From: Podarcis tiliguerta
Taxonomy: Eukaryota
DNA: 64,000 bases
Strand: one strand, 5' to 3'
Assembly (NCBI GenBank): GCA_965153285.1
Contig: OZ229116.1
This document shows positions 1 through 12,384 of the stretch, piece by piece (the stretch's first letter is position 1; each line of letters starts with the position of its first letter). A model generated the notes under the pieces. It was not told the DNA's origin. It ran no database searches and saw only the letters and a list, made by a program, of their open reading frames with translations. Both the position numbers and the translations under genes were made by a program.

Positions 1-70
1 GCAAGATGAGTGCCACAACCCCAGAGTCATCAGCGACTGGACCTAATGGTCAGGGGTCCCTTTACCTTTT
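1..70 (+). mobile_element. Sauria SINE, 3' end
   Basis: gactggacctaatggtcaggggtccctttaccttt tail, the same as other copies in the window. Confidence 0.9.
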
Positions 71-199
71 ACATTTTGTAGGAGTGAGAGCTTTCCACGT
101 GCTAGAATAATTTAATATAGAAGATTTGCAAACAAGCAATCACTTAGGGGTTTACAGAGGTAGCATAGTCTTGTGAGTGGGCTACACTATGTGCCTCTT

Positions 200-1018
200 T
201 AACAATTACCTCACCAAAGATTTCTGAGTGAGCTTAGCAGTCAAGGAATAAGAGGTGATGTCCTTTTGTGGATCAGGAACTGGTTGAGTAATAGAAAGCA
301 AAGAGTAGCCATAAATGGACAGTTCTCTCAGTGGAGAGATTGGTATTGGGACCTGTGTTTTTCAACTTGCTCATAAAGCATCTTGAGTTAGGGCTCGTTA
401 GTGTGGTGGCTAAGTTTCTTGACGATAATATATTGTTCAGGGTTGTTAAAGCAAACAAACAAAAAAGAACTTGTAGAGAACTCCAAAAGGCATTCCAAAA
501 TTGTGAATCACCTGTAAAATGGCAAATGCAATTCAGTGATGCATGTTGAGGCAAAAACTCATACACCTATGGGATTTGAATGAGACTTTGAGGTTGTATG
601 GGATAAGTCAGTGAAGATGTTTTCCCTTTTCACAGTTGTCACATAGTGAGCAAAATCCATGCTAGGAACTGAAGGTAAAACTGCTAATATACAAATGCAA
701 TTGTACAAATCAATGGCGATACTGCACTTGGAATACTGTGTACAGTTCTGGTCACCTGACCTCAAAAAAGATATTGTGGAGCCGGAAAAGGCGCAGGGAA
801 TGGAACAACTCTCCAATAACGAGAGAAAGCATTTGGGGCTTCTTAAGTTGGAGAAAAGATGAGTAACAGCCAAGATGATAGAGGTTTATAAAATTATGCA
901 TGGCAAGGATGAAGTGGATAGAGTTAAGTTTCCTCCCCTCTAGCACAACACTAGAATGTTTTAGGATTTTGCATGGAACACCAAGGAGGCAATGATGGCC
1001 ACCAACTTGGATGGCTTT
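200..1018 (+). mobile_element. CR1 LINE, degenerate RT/3' ORF2 fragment (resumes at 2627-2660)
   Basis: Frames read VLGPVFFNLLI...KFLDD and LYKSMAILHLEYCVQFWSPDLKKDI, typical of CR1 ORF2. Interrupted by Bov-B. Confidence 0.9.
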
Positions 1019-1173
1019 TTGTTGTTGTTGTTTAGTCGTTTAGTCTTGTCCGACTCTTCGTGACACCATGGACCAGAGCACGCCTGGAACTCCTTGTTGG
1101 GATTCACAGAATGCTGTGTAAGTAGGTTTGCAGGCTTCAGTTTGCAACAGGCCGATGCAATACTCTCTGTGGA

Positions 1174-1184
1174 ATGACTCAGCA
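1174..1184 (+). promoter_or_regulatory. ARE/MARE (CNC-sMaf, AP-1) consensus in LTR A
   Basis: ATGACTCAGCA, upstream of a reverse CCAAT box and a TTTAAA. Motif match only. Confidence 0.35.
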
Positions 1185-1240
1185 GTAATGTGATTGGCTG
1201 TCACCTGTTTAAAGGTAGAGCCTGTTCAACAGTAATTGCG

Positions 1241-2108
1241 TGTCGAGGTCCCCAATCCACCCCCCAAATAACTCACAACAGACACGTAATTTTTGTTTAA
1301 GATTTTTGGCATGATTTTGGCCACAACTTTATTCAAATACAAACCATGAGTGGTTGTTTAGGCATTGGTTAAGACTATCTGTCCCCCCGCCTGGGGACAG
1401 AACTAACTTCCGGGCACCACCAAAAGACAGTGCAGGGGAAAGCAAGTCGGGGAGGAATTGGAGCTGAGACACAGACCCTCAACTCTCACCCGCCTGCTCC
1501 CCGAAGGCTTGCCGGCCCTAGTCCCATTCCAGGGATTGGATGAAAAGATGGCAAGCCCCAGGATTCCTTTAACGGAATTCCCTTTCCGCAGCAACCATGG
1601 AGGGGCAGGCACAGCCTATCCTAACCCCTCCTCCACCAATTTATAACCAATGCCTAACCACAACCTTACAAGTTGTGACGATTTGCTATGCAGTAGGCAA
1701 AACCCACCCAGCCATCCAATTTGCCAGGTGGAAAAATTCCTACCAGGCCCCTGCTCAAAGGCAGACGACCCCATGACAGGCATAGCAAGGTCAACGCAAC
1801 AACCCCTTACTCTAGGGCGGGTGGGCGGGTGATCCGTTGCACGCAGCAAAAGAGAAAGTACAAGGCTGCGTGCAGAGTATTTAAGCCTTTTACCCCTCCC
1901 ACCAAAATTACAACATAACTTTTGTTTTTATTGTTGTTAGCCGCCCTGAGCCCGGCTTTGGCTGGGGAGGGCGGGGTATAAATAAAATTTATTATTATTA
2001 TTATTATTATTTTACCCCAGCAACCCAGTGAACCAATCACTGCCCCAGGCCATCTTTAGAGACCCTGCCTGGTAACAGAGGGGTGGCTCAGTAGACCCCA
2101 CCGCAACA
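1241..2108 (-). mobile_element. solo LTR 'B' nested in LTR A
   Basis: TGTCG...CAACA termini. Flanks TGCG and CGTG fit a CGCG TSD after CpG decay. Minus-strand AATAAAGTTGTGGCC at 1333-1319 is shared with the LTR at 44521. Confidence 0.8.
1915..2012 (+). mobile_element. 5'-truncated L2-like LINE 3' tail with (TTA)n
   Basis: gccgccctgagccc...gggagggcggggtataaataaa stem-loop followed by (tta)n. Confidence 0.7.
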
Positions 2109-4602
2109 CGTGCTCTCCCTGAAGGAGAACATGCTTTGTGGTCCTGTGGTGGAGTAGTGTAGATGAGTGTGGAGTCTTCTTTTGCCTCAAGGTGCAGGTA
2201 CTCTGTCTGAACTGCTTCTGTAAATATTTGTATATATATTTAGCTCACATTAAACAATACTGCACTAAAGAACCTGAGACTCTGAGCATTCTGCTAAAAG
2301 CACTGCGAGGAATTCGCGACACTCCTGTCTTCCACTGCCTCCTGTGGTTCGGTCAGACTCATGCTAGTAGCTTCGAGAACACTATCCAACCATCTTGTCC
2401 TCTGTCGACCCCGACATCAGGGTCTTTTCCAGGGAGTCTTCTCTTCTCATGAGGTAGCCAAAGTATTGGAGCCTCAGCTTCAGGATCTGTCCTTCCAGTG
2501 AGCACTCAGGGCTGATTTCCTTAAGAATAGAGAGGTTTGATCTTCTTGCAGTCCATAGGACTCTCAAGAGTCTCCTCCAGCACCATAATTCAAAAGCATC
2601 AATTCTTCGGCAATCAGCCTTCTTTATGGATGGCTTTAGAAGAGGATTAAACATTGGAGCATGATAGCACCACATTTGGGGGGGGGGGGGAGAGAAAGGT
2701 AGCCACCATAAAATAACATGGAAATCACCATGCATTTTTCTAAGAAACAGCAATGGGAGAAGACTGCAAAACTGTCCGATTTTGCAGGACTGGGTGCTTT
2801 TTACGACAGAGGCAGTAATTAGGTTAGTTGCCTGCCCATCAGTTTTCATGAACAGGAAATGCAAGCTCTGATGGGCAAGCAGGCACTCAGTTTCTGCCAC
2901 CTGTAAGTCTGCATTTTGAATTGCTATGGAAGCAAATATTCAAGAATGAAAATGATTAGCACACTTATTGAACACATAATTATGTGACATTGTAGTAAAG
3001 AGGGAAACATTCCACAAAGTTTTAGCAAAATAATATTTTGTTCCTATCTTTTCCCCAAGGACTCTGATCCTCATGAAAATATCCACTTATATCTAAGTCA
3101 CATTTTATCAAACCATTCTCAACTGTGTATGAAAATAGGGTCATGGGAGTACCTGTAGTTAAGTGACCTTGAAAGGAAAAGGAAAAGAAAGCAGTGGCCC
3201 AGTAACCAAAAATTATAACACAGGTATTAAGCTTTTTGTTGAACAAAAAAAAAGTAATGTGAATTAATAACACACAGAAATCCTCAGTGTCCATCTACAT
3301 ATTCAGGTCATCGCAGATTTATGTAATAGAAGTGAGTGACTTTATTAAAAAGGAGCATTTCTATATATCTTCTGCCTAGATCATGTGCATACAGCCAGAG
3401 GCAAAAGAAAATAACCTGCACTACTGAATGGTACTGAATGTTGTTTGTGGTTTCACAATATTAACCACAATTCCTACATAAAAACCTTTGTAGAACTGAG
3501 GTGAGAAGGCTTATCTCATCATTTAGCAATAAGGATGTGCTGAATTTTGATCCACAGATATTTTCAGAACAAAAAGAGAACCATTAGAGAGCTAGATGTT
3601 TCTCCATACTGAAACAGCTCGGCATTACCATTTTTTCATTGCTATATTTGTATTGTTTTGCAATAATAACGCATAATTCTTGATTCTCCTCTGCTGGTGC
3701 TTCTGCACCATTCATCACCATGCTTGCTTATTCCTTTAGCGATCCTAGCCAAAACAGAGATATTATAGGGCTGGATTTCCAATCAGATTCACCTATGGGA
3801 CAGCATCACAGAGGTCAAATGAAACTACTCTAAAATGGAATGGAACTTTTCCTATTTTTGCCAAGGCAATTATGTGACATCGTCAAGCATTGGCCTACTT
3901 GCATCTATGCTACAAAGTTATCATCTGCTTTCCAGCCCTCCTGAAAAATAACTGAAAGAATGATGCATTGCAGAGTCATATAAATATCCAGGGCCCCATT
4001 TCAGCTCCATTCTGTTAATCAACCATCAAATTGTAAGTGGCAAAGAAATAAGCACATAAAAAAATCAAAGAAAGAGGGAGGTGTTGAAATGCCTCAGGTC
4101 CTGAGAGATTATTTCTCTGTGTGAGAAGAAGAATCCAAATGCGTATTAAGTAGGGTTTTGCAAGCAGTGGAGAAATACAGATTTTTTTTTCCAGTCCTGA
4201 AGGAATATTGGTATAGATTATGATAATCAAGAGGGAAGAAATGTTAAGTTGCACTGACAGTACTTAACATTAAAAGGAAAGTGTGGTTTGGGAATTAGGG
4301 TGTTGACAGCAGCAAGCTTGTAGAATTGATCTATCGCAATTACAGTCCTTATATGCCAGCTGTTAAACACCTGGGACCAGCTAATTTCTACCCACTTTAT
4401 GGTTATCAAGATGGATGTTAATAAGTTGGCTAAAGTTTCTGCCTACCAAGGATGGCAACTGAAAGCTCCTACCTGACATGCATTGAAACTATCACCTTCA
4501 CATGATCCTTTCTTCATCACCATCTTTGTTCTTCATTTTGTGGTCCTCATCCTGCAGTGCAGCTGGTGGCACACCGCCTTCAGAGGTAAAGTGAGCCAGA
4601 TC

Positions 4603-5017
4603 CAGGGTGGGTCCACCCATGAGGCAAGGTGAGGTGACCGCCTCGGGTGGCAGGATCCAAAGGGGCAGCACATCCAGCCTCCAAGGAATGCATTGTCCAC
4701 CACAGCTGCCACACGCTGTTGGTCTCCTTACACCCTTAGGGAGGAAATGGGAGGGGCTGCCTTCTGGGGTCTCCTGGAGTCTGTACCTGTCTGACATGAT
4801 TCAGAGTGGGCCCCATTTGATTCCCACTTCATTTGTCAGGTAAGGTTTATTTGATTCCCGCCCCCTTTCCCCCAAATATAGATCTTACTCCTCCCTCATT
4901 CCCAATGTAGATCTTCACTTACCCTGGCATATATCATTACTCACCCCTTCTTCCCTAATGGGGGAGCTGCCATTTTGTCATTTGCCTCAGGTGCCAAAAT
5001 GTCTCAGGCCAGCTCTG
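4603..5017. mobile_element. hAT-type non-autonomous DNA transposon
   Basis: CAGGG...CTCTG termini. 8-bp TSD gccagatc/gtcatatc (6/8). Confidence 0.6.
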
Positions 5018-5140
5018 GTCATATCATTTAACATGTTCTTAAAGCAGGCAATAAGAATCACACAAGGCAGTCATATATTATTTATTTAGCGAAATTGTAT
5101 TCTGCCATTCCTCCTGAAGGAGCCCAGGGTGACAGAGTTA

Positions 5141-5391
5141 AAGGTAAAGGTAAAGGGACCCCTGACCATTAGGTCCAGTCGTGACCGACTCTGGGGTTGC
5201 GGCGCTCATCTCGCTTTATTGGCCGAGGGAGCCGGCGTTTGTCCGCAGACAGCTTCCGGGTCATGTGGCCAGCATGACTAAGATGCTTCTGGCGAACCAG
5301 AGCAGCGCACAGAAATGCCGTTTACCGTCCCGCCGGAGCGGTACCTATTTATCTACTTGCACTTTGATGTGCTTTCAAACTGCTAGGTTGG
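5141..5391 (-). mobile_element. Sauria SINE (5'-truncated)
   Basis: (ACCTTT)n tail, canonical body, TSD CAGAGTTA at 5133-5140 and 5392-5399. Inserted in an older L2 tail. Confidence 0.93.
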
Positions 5392-7665
5392 CAGAGTTAC
5401 ACCTGTACAAATTCACTACTGGTAGCTGTAATGCCACACACAAAAATGTGGCGAAGAGCTTTACCTTAGGTGAACAACAAATTACTGTGTAATAGACCTA
5501 TCTAAATGAACCACCATTTATAGAAGCAATATACCCCTGAGTCCTGAATTTGTAGTGTGAACAATAGGGAATGGTCATTGACATTAAGTTTTGCATATGA
5601 GACTCCAGAAATACCAGGCTGGTAGACAGTGAACAAGCTGAACTAAGTGGACATGTTACCTGCAGGTCAGGATATGGTACCAATGACATCATCAGAGTTG
5701 ATCTTCATAAAAAGTATGGTCCATAAAGTGGTTTACTAGCTATGGGTTTACATGCTACTGGTTGCTTGGTTTTTTTCTGTGATGATTATTGCTAATTATT
5801 CTTTGTAGCTTTTAGCTCATGCAAAAAACACATCAACAGAAAAGTTGGGTAGATGCTTGTCAAAATCCTATGAATGTAACCACGCAGGAATATAGAGTTG
5901 TTACTTATTTATTAAGAAAAGCACACAATATCTGGAATGTGTTTGAAATTCAGTAACTCTCTGATTTTACATAAGATTCAATTTCTTAGATTTATCTTCT
6001 GGATTTAAGCACATTTGAGCAATTTGCAAGATCTGATACTCAGTAGAGCCTCAAACGACACTGTACAGAACGGCTCAAATCCACAAACATATCACTTAAA
6101 TTGAATTACATGTAAGGAAGCATAAACCATTTGTCGATCATACAATGCATGCTATATGCATTGATATTTTTTGCAGCTTGTTGAAAATTTATTGTATTAT
6201 TATTTATTTATAGACCTGGACTGCCCTTCATCAAAACAGATTCCTGGGCAGTTTAAAAACATTAAATAAGCAGTGAAACACAATTAATGTTATGAAACCA
6301 AGAGCAAAACAAACACCATTTCTAAAAAAAACCAAAAAAAGGCCCATCATAAACAATAAAGCAGAGGCAGCTCCTAATAACTTGAATGTCTGCATTTCTA
6401 AGCAGACTTACCTCTGAGTAACATTGTTAGAAATTTGCTGCAAGACAGTCATCCTATGTCAGCATTGCCTGCTACCTTTTGTCTTTGCCATGAGCATATG
6501 GATTGTGATGGGTAATAAAGCAGACTTTTAAGTGCCACGTGCAGTCACAGTTAGAATTTCTTGTCAATGCCTCAGAAATGCAAAGGAACCTAGAGAAGCA
6601 AATATCGAACTGAAGGGACTTTGAACTGAATGAAAATGAAGCAAAAGTTTAGAATAAAAGAAACTGATGGGGGAAACTGCTAAAGGTAAAGGTTTTAGGA
6701 AATTACGGTAAATTTACAGCAAAAACAACTTGACAACAACAAAGGAGCGTAGAAGAAGCCACAAGAAACAGAACTAGGGCTGGTGCAATCACAACATTGA
6801 TCGTGGCACATAATCAATCATTCAGGACTGTAGGTGCTACTAATAGCAATTTACATAACAAGTAACTTCTAACTACCAATGCAACATTGTCATTATATTC
6901 TTCCCATTGCTCATAAATCTTCATGGGTGTAATAATGCAGCACACACACACTCCAAGATAATAATAGAGTATCTTAATCTACAAGCTTCTTTCTACCTTG
7001 GCATCCATACTCTGCTCATTTAATAACTGCATGGTGGGCATGAAATCAACAGGGGGTTTTTCTCTGGCAAGACTATGCAGAACTATGAAAGACTGCACCA
7101 GTTGCTTTCATGTGGCTGCTAAAGGCACAGAGCCTTTAAAGTGGCAGCAAGCCCCGTTCACATTATTCTTCCGATCCTGTTATCTTTATAAATATAATTA
7201 AAATTAATCTCTTTGTGCAAAGGCAGTGGTGACTGGTTCCCATTAGGCCTGGAGGAGTGGAAGTCAGAAAAAAACAACGGTAGGTGCCTCCTGAGCCAAT
7301 GACAGGCAGAGCCAACTGGTTTCGTTCCCATTCTCCTGCCTGCCAAATTCTACAAAGGAAGGAGGAAAAGGAAGCTGACAGCCAGTGTCACCTCCTAGTC
7401 TGGCCATAGGTTAGGAGGCAGGAAGGTGGCCACAAACTAAGCTTGGTGAACATTCTTTAAACATCCTCCACTTGGTGAACATTCTTTAAAAACTAAACAT
7501 AATAAATTGAAAAAGTAGGTTGCTGGTCCTTCCGGTCATAAACTTTCAGCAGTTAGGAGCGGGTGGGGAGATTGGCTATAATGCTCCCACAGTAAGGCAG
7601 GCTGGTTTGGATTGGATTAAAGAGTTAAGAAGGGCAGAACCAGCTTTAATGGCATCTCTGTAAGG

Positions 7666-7801
7666 CAGGCATCCCGAATCTTCAGCCCTCCAGATGTTTT
7701 GGACTACAATTCCCAACATCCCTGACTACTGGTCCTGTTAGCTAGGGATCATGGGAATTGTAGGCCAAAACATCTGGAGGGCCGCAGGTTGGGGATGCCT
7801 G
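7666..7801. mobile_element. palindromic hAT (Charlie-like) MITE
   Basis: 136-bp fold-back element (ggactacaattccc...gggaattgtagg) with a perfect 8-bp TSD CTGTAAGG. Confidence 0.9.
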
Positions 7802-10800
7802 CTGTAAGGGGTGCATTTGAAATGAAACACACCAATAGTAAGAAGGACAAGATTACATAGCCAGTGTGATGGAACTGTTTGTAGCACACACACACTTATA
7901 TGCTGCTTGATTGTGTGTGGGGGCCCCTCAAAGTGGTTTACAAACATAATAAAACAATAAAAAAATGTGTGGGAAGTGCCTGCCTGGATTGCTTAAGGTT
8001 AAAGTCTCCTCAAAAGTTGGTGGGGGGGAGAGCAGGATTGACTGTAATGGCCGGGACTGGATGATGCAGGAGGGGCAAATACCTTTGGTCTTGTACAGTT
8101 ACACTAGCAATCAGGATCAGGTGTGGCAAGAATAGGAGGCTGTTATACTGCATAAAAGATAGTCGGCTGCTGAAGAAGGAGGCGTTAGAGAAGGCTGTGC
8201 TGCAGTTTAATATCGCTATGTTTTTAATGTGTACCTTGAGAGAAAGAAAAAAGAGGTTAGCATGGATTCATTACAGCCCTTAAGCTACTACATTTGCCAG
8301 GGATATTTTCCATTAATCAAAAGGAAAGTCAAAGCCCAGATACAGTGATAATGACAATGAAATGAACTTTGACACAGACTGAAGAAAATATATGAATAGA
8401 TAAATAAAAACAGCATACATGTCCAGAGGCAGAGGATACAAAACATCGGAGGTCTGTAAGAAAGTGTTATAATTCTCATTACTATTTTCCTGACCTATTA
8501 TTATTGCTTAGGAATATACAGCCTCCCATATTGTAAAAGGAGTGTGTGTTCACTTACAGCACCCACAGAGTATGTGCTATTCAGGGCATCCATTGAGATT
8601 ACTAGTCTGGGGAACCAGAATGATCAGATACTGATAATGTTTCTCTAGCCAGCCACAAACATAACTTAAATGGGGAGGGGAACTGTATTGTTTTTTGGAT
8701 TGGTATCCAATAATAAGGATCTGGTGGCTTGACTTCAATAAGCCCTCAACTTGACTACTGAACCTGTACTCCTGAGCACAGGGCTTGCTTTTTATATAAA
8801 CTGGCTGTGAAGGGGTGGAGATCAAATGTGAGTGAAGGAAATAATGGGTATATTATTGAAAGAAAGTCACCTTAGAAAGGGTGTTAATGCAGGACATTTC
8901 TGAGGTGAGGCTGATTTCAATGTGGGAGAAGGCTTGTTTACCTGTGAAACCCCAGCTACAGAATATCCTCCCCAAAGAGATGCTACCGACATTGTTGCTG
9001 TTCAGGTAAAAAGATTTCTTTGCATACAATTGTTTTAAATTTATGATGTTTTTACTTATTACGGTGTTTTATCTGCTGCTGTTACTCTGCATTGTAATGT
9101 GTTGTACTGTCATTATAAACTGCCTTGAAATCTGATAACACATAATGGCTGTATTTATCAAAAACAAAAATTCTAGGTGGAGGAATATACTGCATTTCTT
9201 TAAATATTAAAAATCAATATCTTTGAAACCAGATAGCAGAGAATATTAAGAGTAAACAAGATAAAATGGCAGGTGGCTCCTGTATGCTAAATGGTTATGC
9301 AGAAGTTGCATTTTAAATAAGTGCAGGTTTTCCTACTCATACCTGATAAGTAGCAACTGCTGAAATTCCATCTTCTACACACAGCTATTAACAATATAAT
9401 GGCTTCATTCTCCTTAGTATCTGGTTACCTCAGAGACTGTCACAGTTACGTGTCTGACAGTTGAAGGCCTGCTTGTTATTGGATGTTCAAGATAGCCCTT
9501 TGCACCCTTAAAAGTAGCTCTCTTGTTGTGGGGCTGGGGGAAGAATAATAAAAGTGATTGTTTCATTATGTTTTACAGCCCATTTCTTCCTTAGTTGCTA
9601 GGAACACCTGCTAGGCTAAATTAATTAACATATAATTGGAATGAGTGCCAATAATTAAGGTAGCCAAGTACCTCACTAGAAGTTTACATTTAGTTTTGAT
9701 AAGACAATTATTCTGAGGTGAGAGGGATAACACAGCAAACATTTTGCTTGGACTAATTTGGAAATTTCCACTGTCCCAAGCTTAAAAGGGGAGCTAATGA
9801 ACAATAAAAACGTTAGAGAATATTAAGAACCTCTTTGTTCTTCCAAAGGTATTTGAGAAGATAAGAAAAGCCAACTGAAAAAGAATATCTGAGTGCTGTG
9901 CAGCAGTCTTAGTACAAACTGAATCCTTTGGACCACATTCTGGCAAATGTTGTAGCTGTCCGAAAACAGAAAACCCCAAGTAGCACAAATAGAGATATTT
10001 CTTTAAACTCTTTCTCAGACTACTGAATAAACTATCTTGTGGTCCTCCATGAGAAGAGGCCCAGACCAAGACTTTGAAACACAAGAAAGAACACTTGTAA
10101 AAGTTTTATGGCTCTGTTTAGACTCCAATTCCTGTCTTCAGCTGTCTGCCTATCCCCGTTGGGCAGTCTGAAATAGGGAAGTTCACCTTGCTGCAGGGTT
10201 TGGCTGGACCTGCATAAGAAATATCTAATTTATCACAGTTCCAATGATAGGCTGAGGCTTGCCTTTGTTTTTTTTAATCAATTTAAACACTGCCCCTGTG
10301 CCTTCAATAAGCCTGACATTCGGATCTTTACCTTGTGAGGGATTCCCATCATTCTGGAACTGTTATATATTTTCTGTGTTTACATGACTGTCCTCCCATG
10401 CAAAAGGGGAGGGGAAATTTGGAGATAGCAGGACTGAGGAGCTGGGCACCAGGGATATTTCTCCAGAACAAAAACAGTGTGCTTGGTAGGAAATATTATT
10501 AACTATTTTCTTTATTGCCATGCTTAAATGTGAAATGCAACTGTAAATTGAACATGCCATAAAACTTACAAGGTGATTAAAGTATTGCCAGTTTTGGTGC
10601 CACTGCACGTAATAAAATGAAGCAAAATGCTAGTCCAGTTTACTACTTTCCATCATACACACACATACAAATTAGTTCCTCTACAGGAGAATCTGAACAG
10701 AAAGCAAGAAATCAAGTAATGAAGTGAGACAAAGAAAAGAACGTCTCCAGGAAACTATTAGTTCAGCAGAGTGGCTTTAAGTGCTGGGGAAAGGAGCAAT

Positions 10801-12199
10801 TTCAATAGGTGGTTAATATTCAGGCCTCCAAATATGTCCCGAGAATTGGGATTTGTCAGTTGAAAAAAACACATCTAGTGTTTATTCATTAAGAATTACT
10901 TTGGGTGGAAAATTGCTTAAATTTGGTTCGCTTGAATTGGTATTCTAAGTTTCGGGTGCCTTGTAAATTGAAGGTACACATGCTCACCCCTGCATTACAA
11001 TGTTCAGAGGCACCAAGAACATATAAACTTAAGAAACTTGTATACAGTACCATTCACTGCTATGCAGTGGGGTGGGGCAATCTGTCAAGAGGCACCACGT
11101 GGTGATGAAGGTAGAAATTGGTCTCTGAATGGTGCAGCAAGACTTTAAAATGTGATGGCCCTGTTAGCAAAATTACATAATATATATGCAGTCCAGAGAG
11201 AAAGAATCCTGATAATACTTTACTGAGCGTACCAAACAAAAATACCTTCTATAATCTCTCTTAGTTCAGGCTTTGTGCATAGCAGGGAGACAGCAAACAA
11301 AACATACTGAGGAAAAGTTCTCTCAGAACTACTTAGCCAATCAGAACACATGCCACTATAGTGATGATCATGGCTGAGCAGGACCTCTGCCCTCCCACCT
11401 TGGCTGACTTACTAATAGAAGAATTAATCCTTCTGTCACACAGAGAACGATCTCTGCTGTTGCACTTAACCAGGCCAGTATGTGAGGGTCAAATGTCCCC
11501 CATCCCTGGCAAAAAGCAAATATAGTAGGAACATTTTGTTTTGTCTTTTTTTAAAAAAAATCCCCCGTAAGGGAATTTCTACATCCCAAAATGAAAATTA
11601 GATACTGGATAAAATGATTTCATGTGCATGTATTATTAAATAAAAGCACAATCTAATAAAAACTCTGGACTTGAGCCTTAAAATGTTGCTATAGCATTGA
11701 CCTTCCCAGTCCTTGAAATAAACTAAATGACAGATTATTTCCAGAGAGATGTCTGCAGCATCTCCACAGAGTGAAGAACGGCGATAAACCAAGTAACAGC
11801 AATCCTATGGATGGGGTTGGCAGCTGTGGCGGGTTCCTCTCACTGCAAGCAGGATGGGAAGTGAGAAGGAGTGGCTTTACCCTTTCTACTTTTAAAACAT
11901 TTCACCCTTTTCCTTCCCAATGACTGTGGTAGCTCAAAGGCCAAACTAAATGTGTCATTGTTTAGATTGTTTGACTTTGCATAGTTATTGGTGGTGGTTG
12001 TTTTTTAAGCAAAGGATGAATCTATCAATTTCAATTGCTCTCAGTTTTTTAATTCATTTTGCACCAATGGGAACTTTTACTCGTAAACAGTAGACATTGG
12101 ACCTTCTACTGTATATTCCCATCAGAACCATGGCAGGGACAAACATCACCGTCTCCAGAACATGTTTAGAGTGTGCACAGGGGGAGGAGGGGCATAAAT

Positions 12200-12384
12200 A
12201 ATTGTCGAGTTGGAAGGGACCCCAAGGGTCATCTAGTCCAACCCCCTGCAATGCAGGAATCTCAACTAAAGCACCCATGACAGATGGCCATCCAGCCTCT
12301 GCTAAAAAAGCTCCAAAGAAAGAGAACCCACTGTTGAACATCTCTTACTGTCGGAAATTTCTTCCTGATGTTTTGTCGGAATCT
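12200..12384 (-). mobile_element. CR1 LINE 3' end
   Basis: gagttggaagggacccc...ggtcatctagtccaacccc, the reverse complement of the CR1 3' terminus. Confidence 0.8.

Larger units (their letters stand above)
1095..2321 (+). mobile_element. solo LTR 'A' (~360 bp, parts 1095-1240 and 2109-2321)
   Basis: TGTTGGGA...TCGCGACA termini, 5-bp TSD CTCCT (1090-1094 and 2322-2326), internal ATTGG, TTTAAA and ATTAAA. Confidence 0.85.
1019..2626 (-). mobile_element. Bov-B (RTE clade) LINE 3' fragment, split by an LTR insertion (parts 1019-1094 and 2322-2626)
   Basis: (CAA)n tail at about 1019-1032. ORF reads IKKADCRRIDAFELWCWRRLLRVLWTARRSNLSILKEISPECSLEGQILKLRLQYFG. 11-bp TSD TGGATGGCTTT at 1008-1018 and 2627-2637. 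Confidence 0.93.

Noticed and set aside
2382-2900. 172-aa ORF as a host gene
   Set aside because: It is a chimera of intergenic sequence read into a Bov-B ORF remnant.
4227-4409. Peptide TVIAIDQFYKL resembling a GPCR/opsin TM3 DRY region
   Set aside because: No DRY arginine, no flanking helix similarity, no convincing splice sites and no other opsin exons found.
7442-7490. 20-bp direct repeat (cttggtgaacattctttaaa x2), with similar short duplications at 17579-17607 and 29827-29863
   Set aside because: Only two copies each. These are ordinary local duplications, not an array or CRISPR-like structure.
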